A stretch of DNA of 64,000 nucleotides from a virus (taxonomy: Duplodnaviria; Caudoviricetes): positions 1 through 64,000 of the IMG/VR virus record IMGVR_UViG_3300048598_000163. One strand, given 5' to 3'. The notes beneath the pieces are model-generated. The model was not told the origin of the DNA. It saw only the letters and a program-made list of their open reading frames with translations, and did no database searches. Shown in pieces: positions 54,793-64,000 of the stretch; positions within the stretch are counted from its first letter, which is position 1, and each line of letters begins with the position of its first letter. A program made the position numbers and the translations under genes.

Positions 54793-57700
54793 ATTTCACG
54801 CTCCTATTGACCATTATACCTATCTTCGGCACGCGGAAGCCATCGTATATGGATTTTTCCATCTTTTTCTTGCGATAAACCAACTCGTGGCTTCCGTGGG
54901 GGCCTACAGGTTCATGTTCAACCTCATAATCTGGATTATCCTCGATCTTGTGTTTCAGATCATATTCAGATAGCGATTCTCCCGTAGCCTTGTTTACTTC
55001 CCCAAGGATGGTCGATATCACCTTCCAGCTATTCGAGGCGTGAGCATCAACAACGCCAGACCCCTTCCAGGCACGGTATTCCTTCCGGCTGAAGTCCTGT
55101 ATATGCCGAGTGGCGCCAGAATCGATATTCACGGGATCCTCGTCCTTGTGCCCGTACAGGTACGGCATCTTGTCCTTTTTCGCCATGGCCTCGTCGATTT
55201 CCTTGCGCTGCGCGGGATCGTATGGATTCAGGACCACCGTCTCCTTGGATATTCCGTTACCGTATGAGTTCTTTGCCTCGATCTTTACCGATCCATCAGG
55301 TTCCTTTACGAAATACGTTCCGGTGGCGGCCGCCTCGATGTACTTGCGATAATTATCCCGCTTAAAGTCACCGTCTTGCGCGACGAAGGAATCGGGCTTG
55401 TAGATCGCTGCCTGCTTCTCGATATCTGATGCAGTGGGCTTCTTCAGGTACGTCATGCCCTGCGTTCCGGTAGGAAAGTCTTTCCCTACGGTCCACTCGA
55501 GCATCTTCTCCTTGTGTGAATAATGATTCTCGAAGGAGTGGATAATCTCGAACGCGATTTCATTATTCTTGTGGTTTATCGCCCTGATCTTATACACGCC
55601 AAACCGATTACAGAACACGTCGCCGGGCTGGTATACCTTCCGGTTCACCTTATCGTATATGAAGTCGGGATTTTTCGCGGAGATAATGTCGAGGTTCTTG
55701 AATTCCGGATTCGCCCGAAGGGATTCTTCGATGTTCTGGATCTTCCGGACACGATTCTGGTACTGGATCGTACCCTTGTCACCAGAATAACTCTTCACGG
55801 CACCGCGCATCATGCTCAACGAAGCAAGAAGGTCGTGGACCTTGTTCTGATTCGTCTCCTTGATTGCCCCTTCCTTCTTCCGGTTCATCTCCGCGCGACG
55901 CTCGTTTGCCTTATCCTTGTCGCCCCATTCCTCGGTAAGCGCGAGCATGAGCTCGTCCGGATCGACATAGGAATCATCGTTCGGGTTTACGAACACGTTC
56001 GACTTGGTTTTCAGCAGCTGGTCGATCCAATTTGCCTTGCCCTGGACAAGCCCGACGCTGTAATTGTCGATCGTCCCGGCCGACATATACGTGTGCAAGG
56101 CTACCTGTCCCTGGGCATTTCCTTGTCGGTCGATACGGCCGTTTCTCTGGATGAAGTCCGACGGCCGGTAGGGGATGTCGAAATGGTGCAGCGCGGCGCT
56201 GTTCTTCTGCAGGTTGACGCCTTCGCCCATGGTCTGCGTCGTTCCGACAATAACCTTGTATTTCCCCTTGTTGTAGCCATCTATGGCCGCGGAGACCTCC
56301 CGGCCAACCGCCTCGTCCGACTTCTTTCCGCCGGCCTTGGTGACACCGTTCACCACGATAATGTCGGATTCCTTGAAGCCTTGGGCAATCAGCGACTTCT
56401 TGATCTTGTCGTGGAGATTGAAGGTCCCGTCGCCGGATACAACGCGATCGCAGAAAATCACCTGTCCGCCGCCGGTGGCGTTGTAGCTGTCGGCCGCGTT
56501 CCTGACGAGGGTTTCCAGCTTTTCGTTACGCCAGCCTTTGAACCGGACGGGATCGTACAGTTCGAGATCAAGGGAGGCCGTTCGCATCCGGGAATAGAAG
56601 GTCAGGTAGTTTTGGTGACTTTCCGCCCTGTCTTCCTTGCTCATGTTCTTGAACTTTTCCAGTTCCTCGGACAGGCTCTTCAGCTCGGCCGTCTGATCCG
56701 CCTGCATGGGTATCACGTTCGGGTGATTGTCGGCTTTCGGTTTCTTCAGGCCGATCTTTGTCGGGTCGTTCTGAAGGTCGGTATACTTAAAAAACATATC
56801 CTGAAGGGTTCGGAGGTTCTTGAAGCCCTTGAGGACGTTACCTTCCTTTACCGATCCCGTAGACCAGTCGCACTTCTGCTCAACGCGTATATCCGCGAAG
56901 TTCTTGATAAACCCGTCGATATTCTTGATGCCCAGCTTCGTGAGCTCCTCGGGGGCTACGTGCATGAGCATATTGTAATATTCAAGCGGCGAATTCGTGA
57001 GCGGCGTCGCCGTAAGGAAAAACACGTTCTTCCCGTCGTGGTTCCGCCTGATATACTCGTTTTTCTTGAACAGCGACATTGCGCGCTCTGACCGGCGCCC
57101 GTCGTTCAGGCCGGTTTCCCGGGAGAGTGACGAGGTGAACAGGTTCTTGTTCCGGTGTGCCTCATCCACGAAAATCGCGTCGACGCCCAGATCCTCGAAG
57201 TTGATGGTCTGGTTCGTCTTCCCGTTCTCGAGTTTCTTTTTCGCGCTTTCCTTTGCCGTTTCGTTCTTGCGCGCGGACTTCCCGGCGGTCTTTTCCATGG
57301 TCTGTTCCGCGACGATCGAGCTGGTTATCGCCTCATCGTTCTCGGGGCGCAGCTGGATTTCCGATGCCGATGTTTCAGGTAGAATGATAACGTCATAGTC
57401 GCCATTGGCTAGATCCTGGTACATTTTGTACCGCTTCACCTGATTGCCGTATCCTTCGGTTTCCGGGTCCATGGCGCCGACTTTCAGCCCGGGCATGGCC
57501 TTCCCGATGTACTTTACCCAATCCTTGACCTTATTGTTCGGCACTTGTAGCATCGGCCGCTTGATAAGCCCTTCCTGTCGAAGGAGGGCCATGAGCGCGA
57601 TACCGGCATACGTCTTTCCGAATCCGGTACCAAGGGCAGAGATACCCTTTCCGTTACGATAAAGGTGATGAATCGTCTGCCATTGCCACGGCTGAATGAC

Positions 57701-60700
57701 AATATCCGGGTTCCATCCGTCTATCTTGATGGAATAGGTTTTCGTCGGCGCGCCGATCTCGCCGTTGAACATTTTGTTGTACAGGGTTTCAAGCTGCGCG
57801 CGAACGTCCGGCGTGGTCGCCACCCAATTTTTGAAGCTGTCATCGGCGCGCTGGTTGTACGCTGCGGTATCAATGCGCTGCGAGCGCTGTTTCTGCGAAT
57901 TCAGGTAGTAGACGGTCTCGTCGGCCTCTTCGTGCCAGTCCCCGTTCTCTCCGTCCCGGATGCCCCATTTCCCTTCTTCATTGCGACAGAAGAACTTTTC
58001 CGGGGTCTTATAACGATAGAATCCGTTCCCACCAGTTCCCGGCCCGAATACATACCCGCGGCCGAGCCCATCATCGTCCTTTACCCACTTATCGATGATT
58101 TCTTCGGGAATCCATGAGGATTGTGGCATATAATCGGCATCCTCAATCGGCACCCAGCCGGCGGCTTTTTCAAGCTCCGCGATACCGTGCTTCCATTTCG
58201 CGACCTCATCGTCCCATTGATGCCCACTCCGGGCACTAATCGCCTCCTGGAGCGCGTCGATTTTCTCCCATGCGTTGCCCGCTATAAAGTCCTCTCGAAG
58301 CTGGTAAACTCCTTCCGTGGTAAGGAATACGTCCAGGTTCGCTTTCATCTCCGCGAGGAGATCATCGATCCCGTTTGGAAAATACTGCGTTAATGATTCA
58401 GGCGTCGCGTCGATATGGTTGCGGCCGAGGGTCATCAGGGCGGTTATCGCCGGGTTGTGACCGTCCACAATGTCGATTTCCTTGTGGTAGATGTTCTGCA
58501 TGGTGAGAACGTTATCGTCGATCTTCACGAGGCCTTCATAGACGCCCGCCAACGAGCGATTGGCGTTCAGGACGCGCTTTATATCCTTGTCGTCGTCAGG
58601 CGCGCTTCCGTAGGATTCCGTATAGAGCTGGATGAGCTCGCGGGTATTCGCCTGCAGATCGTCAACCGGTTCACCGTTTTGCATGGCGTCGCGTATCTGC
58701 TTCACCTTTGCGGCTATCGCTTTTACCTTCTCAACCTTTTCGGCGGCCTCTTCGTTCGACCCTATGACGCGCTCCCATCGATGGTTCGTGTTGAGCCGAT
58801 ACAGTTTCCCGTAGATGCTCTTGGTCATTCCGGGCGTCAGAGACTTTGCGGCAACCGCCTCAGCCTCTTCAGGGGTAAGAAGCGCGGTATCCTTCGATTC
58901 CTTCTTCGGCGCGGCGTCGGTCGTCATCGATCGCAACGTCTCGAGCTGCTGGATGCCGGCATCGGGTTCCGGGGTGAAGGTCGAAACCGCGTCGTCCATT
59001 CCCGAAAGGGTAAGATCCCCTGAAATAACGTCGCGGCCCCAGTTGCCGGCCCCTTCCTGCTTCTCGCCGAGGATATGCGCGGGCTTCGCGTCGTAATAGG
59101 ATCCTTCGACCCAGCCTTCATTCCAGAATCCCGCTGCCTTCAGCCCGTCTTCATCGAGCTGTGCAAGCCTGTTCGCCACTTCGTCGGGGTATTTCCGGAA
59201 GAATAGAATATCAGGCTGCACCTGTGTCTGGGTATGCTTGAACGATTTGTCCGGCAGGCGGACGGCGCCCATGAACTGCCCTTTCTTGAGCATATCGGCG
59301 CGCCAGTCGCGGTTTCCCTTCGCGTCCATGACCCCAGGATGCACGATCATGCCCATGGTTCCGCCCGCATTGAGCTTGTCCATGGACCGTGAGAGGAAAT
59401 ACCGGTCAAGGCTCTTTTCCTCGGGCATATCCATGAACGACGTGGCTATGGTGCGATCGCCAAACGGGGCGTTTCCGACTACATGATCGAATTTGCGGTC
59501 GTTCGTAAGATTGAATTGCTCGAAGCTTCCGGTGGCGATGTCCGCCTCTCCCTGGAGAATAGAAGCGGCGGCGGCCGTGCGCGTATCGAGTTCAACGCCC
59601 TGCAACGACATATCGGAAGGCGCAACGTCAAAGAATACGCCGGTACCGCACGACGGCTCAAGGGCAGCCCCTCCGAGCTTGATAGGGGCAACCTTGGCGA
59701 GCATCTGCCAGGTCATCTTTGCTACAGGCGGAGAGGTATAGAAGTCATAGAGCACGCCGCGTTCATCGTCGGCCTGAATACCGCCGAATCCCGAGTATTT
59801 CCGGATTTTCTCCCGGTCTTCATCGGTCAGCTCATTGCGCGGCTTCAGGAGTAGGCCGGCAACTTCCTTGTTGAGCTCCGCGCGGGCCTTTGGATTAAGT
59901 CCTTTCCCGCTCGCCGCCCATGACCCGTAATCACGGAAAGGCGTATCGACAATCGACCGGCCGAGATCATGAATACCATCGACCGATTCGATAGAGCTCG
60001 ATACCTCTTCCTTCCCGTTCCAGGTGAGCCCGGTCTCGAAAACCAATTCATCCTTGAGCTTGAAATGCCAGGCATTCGCCATATCAGGAACACCGTCGGT
60101 TATCGGGACGGCCTCAATAACGCCGTCCTGGCTGTTCAATTCCATCCAGTGGTCGCCGTTCGCATCGGCTACGATTGTTCTCGGGTGCCGATTTTCGCCA
60201 TCAGTGTCGTATATCCGGTCCTGTTTCTTCGGCGTGTTGTATGCGGCCGGTTGCAGCTCTTTTGCCACCTCGCGGTCGATCGGGTCAGGCTTTCGGTCTT
60301 CCCCGAGTCGTTCATGGATGAGCTTCTCCATCATCGACTCTGTTCCGGCCTTTCCGTTTTCATGCGCCTCGTCCCGGGCGTCCATGATTTCGGTCATGGT
60401 GCTGTTTGCGTTTATCATGGCGGCCTTGGGCGGCTTGTACCCGGCTTTCCTTCCAGCGAATTCGATCGTGTCTGGCATGGTCGGCTTGAAGAGGTCTCCA
60501 ACATTGTATGGCGTCGCCTCGGTCACTTTCGTGAGCTCAAACACTCCCTTTCCCGCGTAGATTCCGCGCCACGGCCCCGCGATACCCTCGTCGCCCGCGT
60601 ATATCCCGCCTACCACGTATTCGGTCAGATTCTGCTTTTTGCCTGTATTGGGCACAGAAACTATCCCGAGTTTTGGTGCAGACACTTGCCCTGTATGGGC

Positions 60701-61003
60701 GTTGACGGGCACCTGCCCGGGTGTTTCATTAACTTGGTTTACGTTATTGGTTTTCAGGCCCATTTTCGGGGCCTTTTTGACCGGTTCAGCGGCCACGGCC
60801 GGCGCGGAATCGTCCCCGAAAAGATCGAATTGAGCCGATGTTACCGCCCCTGCTTTCGCCTCATTGGGAAGAACCCACGCCTTTTTCTGAAAGGTAGTCC
60901 CGTCCTTGTTCGTAACGGTAATCATTTTCATGACAAGCTTCGGGCTGCGGGACTTCTCAAGGACCTGCCGTACAGGAAGAAAGAATCTGGTAAACGCGTT
61001 CAT
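54776..61003 (-). CDS. DarB-like N6-adenine methyltransferase + SF2 helicase fusion (2075 aa)
   Basis: FYTSPPVA, ALEPSCGTGVF (motif I), VVGNAPFG (motif IV variant), LGTGFGKT, FVDEAH, LTATPLTNS, TMGEGVNLQ, QRNGRIDRQGN. Confidence 0.9.
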   Translation of the reverse strand: MNAFTRFFLPVRQVLEKSRSPKLVMKMITVTNKDGTTFQKKAWVLPNEAKAGAVTSAQFDLFGDDSAPAVAAEPVKKAPKMGLKTNNVNQVNETPGQVPVNAHTGQVSAPKLGIVSVPNTGKKQNLTEYVVGGIYAGDEGIAGPWRGIYAGKGVFELTKVTEATPYNVGDLFKPTMPDTIEFAGRKAGYKPPKAAMINANSTMTEIMDARDEAHENGKAGTESMMEKLIHERLGEDRKPDPIDREVAKELQPAAYNTPKKQDRIYDTDGENRHPRTIVADANGDHWMELNSQDGVIEAVPITDGVPDMANAWHFKLKDELVFETGLTWNGKEEVSSSIESVDGIHDLGRSIVDTPFRDYGSWAASGKGLNPKARAELNKEVAGLLLKPRNELTDEDREKIRKYSGFGGIQADDERGVLYDFYTSPPVAKMTWQMLAKVAPIKLGGAALEPSCGTGVFFDVAPSDMSLQGVELDTRTAAAASILQGEADIATGSFEQFNLTNDRKFDHVVGNAPFGDRTIATSFMDMPEEKSLDRYFLSRSMDKLNAGGTMGMIVHPGVMDAKGNRDWRADMLKKGQFMGAVRLPDKSFKHTQTQVQPDILFFRKYPDEVANRLAQLDEDGLKAAGFWNEGWVEGSYYDAKPAHILGEKQEGAGNWGRDVISGDLTLSGMDDAVSTFTPEPDAGIQQLETLRSMTTDAAPKKESKDTALLTPEEAEAVAAKSLTPGMTKSIYGKLYRLNTNHRWERVIGSNEEAAEKVEKVKAIAAKVKQIRDAMQNGEPVDDLQANTRELIQLYTESYGSAPDDDKDIKRVLNANRSLAGVYEGLVKIDDNVLTMQNIYHKEIDIVDGHNPAITALMTLGRNHIDATPESLTQYFPNGIDDLLAEMKANLDVFLTTEGVYQLREDFIAGNAWEKIDALQEAISARSGHQWDDEVAKWKHGIAELEKAAGWVPIEDADYMPQSSWIPEEIIDKWVKDDDGLGRGYVFGPGTGGNGFYRYKTPEKFFCRNEEGKWGIRDGENGDWHEEADETVYYLNSQKQRSQRIDTAAYNQRADDSFKNWVATTPDVRAQLETLYNKMFNGEIGAPTKTYSIKIDGWNPDIVIQPWQWQTIHHLYRNGKGISALGTGFGKTYAGIALMALLRQEGLIKRPMLQVPNNKVKDWVKYIGKAMPGLKVGAMDPETEGYGNQVKRYKMYQDLANGDYDVIILPETSASEIQLRPENDEAITSSIVAEQTMEKTAGKSARKNETAKESAKKKLENGKTNQTINFEDLGVDAIFVDEAHRNKNLFTSSLSRETGLNDGRRSERAMSLFKKNEYIRRNHDGKNVFFLTATPLTNSPLEYYNMLMHVAPEELTKLGIKNIDGFIKNFADIRVEQKCDWSTGSVKEGNVLKGFKNLRTLQDMFFKYTDLQNDPTKIGLKKPKADNHPNVIPMQADQTAELKSLSEELEKFKNMSKEDRAESHQNYLTFYSRMRTASLDLELYDPVRFKGWRNEKLETLVRNAADSYNATGGGQVIFCDRVVSGDGTFNLHDKIKKSLIAQGFKESDIIVVNGVTKAGGKKSDEAVGREVSAAIDGYNKGKYKVIVGTTQTMGEGVNLQKNSAALHHFDIPYRPSDFIQRNGRIDRQGNAQGQVALHTYMSAGTIDNYSVGLVQGKANWIDQLLKTKSNVFVNPNDDSYVDPDELMLALTEEWGDKDKANERRAEMNRKKEGAIKETNQNKVHDLLASLSMMRGAVKSYSGDKGTIQYQNRVRKIQNIEESLRANPEFKNLDIISAKNPDFIYDKVNRKVYQPGDVFCNRFGVYKIRAINHKNNEIAFEIIHSFENHYSHKEKMLEWTVGKDFPTGTQGMTYLKKPTASDIEKQAAIYKPDSFVAQDGDFKRDNYRKYIEAAATGTYFVKEPDGSVKIEAKNSYGNGISKETVVLNPYDPAQRKEIDEAMAKKDKMPYLYGHKDEDPVNIDSGATRHIQDFSRKEYRAWKGSGVVDAHASNSWKVISTILGEVNKATGESLSEYDLKHKIEDNPDYEVEHEPVGPHGSHELVYRKKKMEKSIYDGFRVPKIGIMVNRSVKYGILR

Positions 61004-62289
61004 TTAGATACCTCCACGTTGTAAATCTCATTGATGCGGTCAAGATAGCCGGGCGTTGAGTCGTTCAACTTGCGCGTGCCCTTGGACCGGAATTCCGCTT
61101 CCGCCTGCTTGCAGGCCTTCGCCCACGCTTCCTCGCGATCCTTCATCTTGGCAAGCGCGGCGTTCACGGCGTCGTCTTTTTTCCCGGGCGGCAGCCATTT
61201 CGTCCATATACCGCGGCAATACGGGTGCTGGCTTCCCGCCGCTACCCATTCCTCTGACGCTTTCATGCCTACGCGGCTCTTTCCTTCCCATATCGCTATT
61301 TTCGCGTAAGGGTCGTCTATCTTCTCGTCGTCGAGCGGCACGTCAGACCAGCGAGCCACAAGCCCGTTGATCTTTTTGCAGTGCGCGCAGGTCACGCCGT
61401 CGATTATTTCCATTCTCTGAAAGTAAAGCGGGGCCCCGTCCGGGGTGATCGAGCGCTCCGACACCATCATGGCGTTATTCATTGCGTCATTGGTCTCGGT
61501 TTCTACTATCCGCTTCCAGTCACGATTCAGGTCACCGAATTTGTCGAACAGATCCTGCGCTATCTCGCCTTTCGTTTTCCGTTCTTTGATTCCGTTCAGG
61601 AAAACCTTCTTGATGGCCCCCCTGGTTTCATCGGTCACCTTCGTGATGTGTTCCGCGCACAATTCCTGGGCTACGGCCATTCGGTCCATTTCTTCGTCGG
61701 CAACCTTGAAGAGCTTCCGGTAGTTTTCCTCGCCCGAGAACTCGCCGGCCTTCCATTTCTGGTATTCAAGCTCTTCGTACCGGGCCTGCCGGACGGCATC
61801 CCATGTGTTGTACTTGAGCATCCGGTCGAGAACCTTTCCGAGAGCCGAAGAATCGAGAACGATCCGGTCACTGGCATTGGCGACCTTCCGGTTCAAGAAA
61901 TCCTCAACGGCCTTTATGAAGTCCTTCCACTGTTTCCGCGTGATTGGCTTACCGGTTTCAGGCGCATAGAGAATTTTCCCTTTATAGATGAGCGGATCGG
62001 AGCCGCGCGCCTTGCTGAATGTCGTCACCCTTGGGAGGTCGAACGTATTGCAGCACGTATTGTAGATGAGGTCGAGCAGCCCCGCATAGAAATAGATCCA
62101 CTGATTCACGAGGTCTTCGTATGCCTGGAAAGGAAACTTCTCGCCGTTCTCCTTGTCGGGGTCTTTGCGGCGCAGGGTAACAGGCAGATCGAGCGCTTTC
62201 GCGAGTGCATCGGAAGCAGCAAGAAACTTCTCTTTCCTGTTCGCTTCCGTGATTGCTGTCACCGTTATCTTTATATCCTTCATTACCAC
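61000..62289 (-). CDS. MuF / SPP1 gp7-like head morphogenesis protein
   Basis: RDWKRIVETET...TCAHC...HPYCRG; follows portal. Confidence 0.8.
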   Translation of the reverse strand: MVMKDIKITVTAITEANRKEKFLAASDALAKALDLPVTLRRKDPDKENGEKFPFQAYEDLVNQWIYFYAGLLDLIYNTCCNTFDLPRVTTFSKARGSDPLIYKGKILYAPETGKPITRKQWKDFIKAVEDFLNRKVANASDRIVLDSSALGKVLDRMLKYNTWDAVRQARYEELEYQKWKAGEFSGEENYRKLFKVADEEMDRMAVAQELCAEHITKVTDETRGAIKKVFLNGIKERKTKGEIAQDLFDKFGDLNRDWKRIVETETNDAMNNAMMVSERSITPDGAPLYFQRMEIIDGVTCAHCKKINGLVARWSDVPLDDEKIDDPYAKIAIWEGKSRVGMKASEEWVAAGSQHPYCRGIWTKWLPPGKKDDAVNAALAKMKDREEAWAKACKQAEAEFRSKGTRKLNDSTPGYLDRINEIYNVEVSK

Positions 62290-62290
62290 G

Positions 62291-63247
62291 TTACCGCCCC
62301 AGCTTCAGATTCCGAATAAAAAGGCCGATTGATTTTTTCAGCGGCTTTTTGTCTGAAAATGCCTCCATCTTTGCAACGAGGGCTTTGGTCTTTTCAGGAT
62401 CGTCGGTATTGACCATGAACTCCCACTTATCGCATCCCGGCTTCTTCACTTCGAGCGAAACGCCATTCGCGCGCCAAAGGGGCTCATGCCCTCCGTTTAA
62501 CGCGTGCTCATCGCGTGAGCCACGCGTGCCCTTCGCGTGAAATACTTCATCTATCGCATTGGCAACGGCGTACGTGTCAGGGTACTTACCGCCGTGCAGC
62601 TTGTGGTTTTTCATCATGGAGAACGCTTCACGTACTTCATACAAGGCGCTCGTGGTGTCTATTGCTCTTTTCTCAATCGCGCTTGCCAGGTCGTATGTCG
62701 TTTTGAACAGGTCCCCGTGATAGGTGAAGTTCCGGACTTCGTTCAGGGCTGAATATGCGTCCTTGAGGATTTCCGGCCCTTTGATACGACCGCGCGGGTC
62801 TCCGGGTGATTTACCGTCGCCGCCCGTGCTGGCCGCCGGTTCATCACTATTCTCGAAAATGTTCTTGTCCCGACCGCCCTGAACGCTCGCCGCTATCTGC
62901 GCGGCCGTGGGCAATTCCTTTCCCGCCTGCGTCCCCCATTCAACCGTACCGTTTTCATCCTCGAGATATACAAAACCGTCACGCAGCTTGACCGAGAGGT
63001 CTTTGCCGTCGAGCGTTATCTTGTCGCCGTTCTTTACCGGCCGAGAGGCGACTTGTTTTGCTCCAACCTCTTCCATATCGAAAAGAGACCCTTGCGGAGT
63101 CCCTTCAGTCTTTTTCTCTTCAGGATCGACCCAGAAGGTCATCTGGAACGCCTTTCCGCCACGGGTAACGGTTCTCTTTACCGGAACCAATCGGCCGCCC
63201 TTTTGAGACTTTTCCAACACGTCGCTCTTGATCTGAACTACCAGCAT
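62291..63247 (-). CDS. Hypothetical protein carrying the shared head-cargo module (likely start MLVVQ at 63247)
   Basis: VLEKSQKGGRLVPVKRTVTRGGKAFQMTFWVDP; GGGAGG RBS. Confidence 0.7.
   Translation of the reverse strand: MLVVQIKSDVLEKSQKGGRLVPVKRTVTRGGKAFQMTFWVDPEEKKTEGTPQGSLFDMEEVGAKQVASRPVKNGDKITLDGKDLSVKLRDGFVYLEDENGTVEWGTQAGKELPTAAQIAASVQGGRDKNIFENSDEPAASTGGDGKSPGDPRGRIKGPEILKDAYSALNEVRNFTYHGDLFKTTYDLASAIEKRAIDTTSALYEVREAFSMMKNHKLHGGKYPDTYAVANAIDEVFHAKGTRGSRDEHALNGGHEPLWRANGVSLEVKKPGCDKWEFMVNTDDPEKTKALVAKMEAFSDKKPLKKSIGLFIRNLKLGR
62500..62539. repeat. Iteron array D: four (A/T)CGCGTG units at 11-bp period inside a late gene
   Basis: Units at 62500, 62511, 62522, 62533. Confidence 0.7.
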
Positions 63248-63266
63248 ATTCCCTCCCGTGACACTT

Positions 63267-63998
63267 TTAGACGATGATTTCGATCGTTTCATTAACCGAT
63301 CCCGGCGTTATGGACTTGTGCATCCCGTCTTTGATGCCTCGCCCTGCTTTCTTGTTGTCGCTAGAATCGCCGTCGTTATTGGCCTCTCCGTCGTTTTCGC
63401 TTCCAAAGGCGTCGAATATCGAGCGCCCGGATTTCTGCCCAGTTCCGGCATTGGGCTCTTTTTCGCCCGCGCCGCCCCCGTTGTCATCCCCTCCGGTAAT
63501 CATGCTCCGGTACCGTGAGAACGGATCCTTTCCGGCCGCTGCACCGTCGCCGGTATCACCACCCTGGTCATCGCCTGCCGCCCCGGGCGCCGCCGGAGCT
63601 CCCCCAGCTTGCCCACCAGCGGCAGCATCACCACCGCCCTGCTGCGAGCTCTGGAAGAGCTGAACCGCATAGGGGTTGAGCGGGATCATGGACCACGGCT
63701 GCTTGAACGGCTTCAATCCGGATTCTACGCGAATCTCGTCGATGGTCTTGAATGTGCGGAGTTCCGCCTCGCGGGTGTTATTCTTTACGCCCGGATCATC
63801 GCGCTCATATCCCATGAATTCGAAGTCGAAGCGAGGATCGAGCTTATCAAGAATCTTCTGGTAGTGGCTTTCGAGGAACGAAAGGGAGGTAGCGAGTCCG
63901 CGCGCCTTCGAAGCGTCGATCTTCGGTCCTACGTTGTCACCGAGAACTGAACCGCTCTTGCTCGTCTTTATTCCCAGCTCTTCAAGGTCAACGCCAAA
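63267..63998 (-). CDS. Portal protein, C-terminal part (gene starts beyond window)
   Basis: Frame open to edge: FGVDLEELGIK...SKARGLATSLSFLE...FDFEFMG...KTIDEIRVESGLKP. Confidence 0.8.
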   Translation of the reverse strand, partial: FGVDLEELGIKTSKSGSVLGDNVGPKIDASKARGLATSLSFLESHYQKILDKLDPRFDFEFMGYERDDPGVKNNTREAELRTFKTIDEIRVESGLKPFKQPWSMIPLNPYAVQLFQSSQQGGGDAAAGGQAGGAPAAPGAAGDDQGGDTGDGAAAGKDPFSRYRSMITGGDDNGGGAGEKEPNAGTGQKSGRSIFDAFGSENDGEANNDGDSSDNKKAGRGIKDGMHKSITPGSVNETIEIIV

Positions 63999-64000
63999 GA

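Larger units (their letters stand above)
1..64000 (-). mobile_element. Temperate myovirus-like phage genome segment (no host genes or ends visible)
   Basis: Ordered portal, head, neck, sheath, tube, tape measure, baseplate, fibre, lysis, integrase, regulator and replication modules; tightly packed genes with ATGA overlaps. Confidence 0.95.

Noticed and set aside
1-64000. tRNA, rRNA, IS elements, terminase
   Set aside because: No cloverleaf, rRNA-like, transposase or terminase motifs recognised; terminase probably lies beyond the right edge, upstream of the portal

Overview
The whole window is a continuous segment of a temperate, contractile-tailed (myovirus-like) phage genome, almost entirely encoded on the minus strand. 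Reading leftwards, i.e. in the direction of transcription: the 3' end of the portal gene (window edge), a MuF-type head morphogenesis gene, then a ~20 kb block of large 'polyvalent' putative head-cargo proteins (DarB-like adenine MTase-SF2 helicase, zeta-toxin-like kinase, zincin/LPD1, ART plus pyrophosphatase-like protein, a second giant SF2 helicase). After these come the prohead protease, an SPO1/Twort-like major capsid protein, neck, sheath, tube, chaperone, tape measure, baseplate and fibre genes. A complete diversity-generating retroelement follows (target gene with VR, avd, TR, RT; 9 of 9 TR/VR mismatches are at TR adenines), then a lysis cassette (C39-like peptidase, holin-like protein, an overlapped spanin-like pair, class-3 lipase). 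A tyrosine recombinase and a partner gene sit mid-genome on the + strand beside an 11-bp-periodic ACGCGTG iteron region. A divergent pair of ribbon-helix-helix genes heads the early operon (antirepressor, YqaJ/RecT, SMC-like ATPase, DEDDh exonuclease, replication initiator with iterons). At the left edge is a dual-frame C5 methyltransferase whose two overlapping frames are both broken by one G9 tract. The least-described signals are a conserved L-x-K-S/A...V-x-R-x-G...W-V-x-P module shared by six putative head-cargo proteins (often followed by a QxDLF clamp-binding-like motif), the four iteron arrays, the G9 switch, the overlapped spanin-like pair and a predicted +1 tail-chaperone frameshift. 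No rRNA, tRNA or CRISPR array was seen. All product names come from motif recognition by eye, not database searches. A spirochaete-like diderm host is a weak inference.
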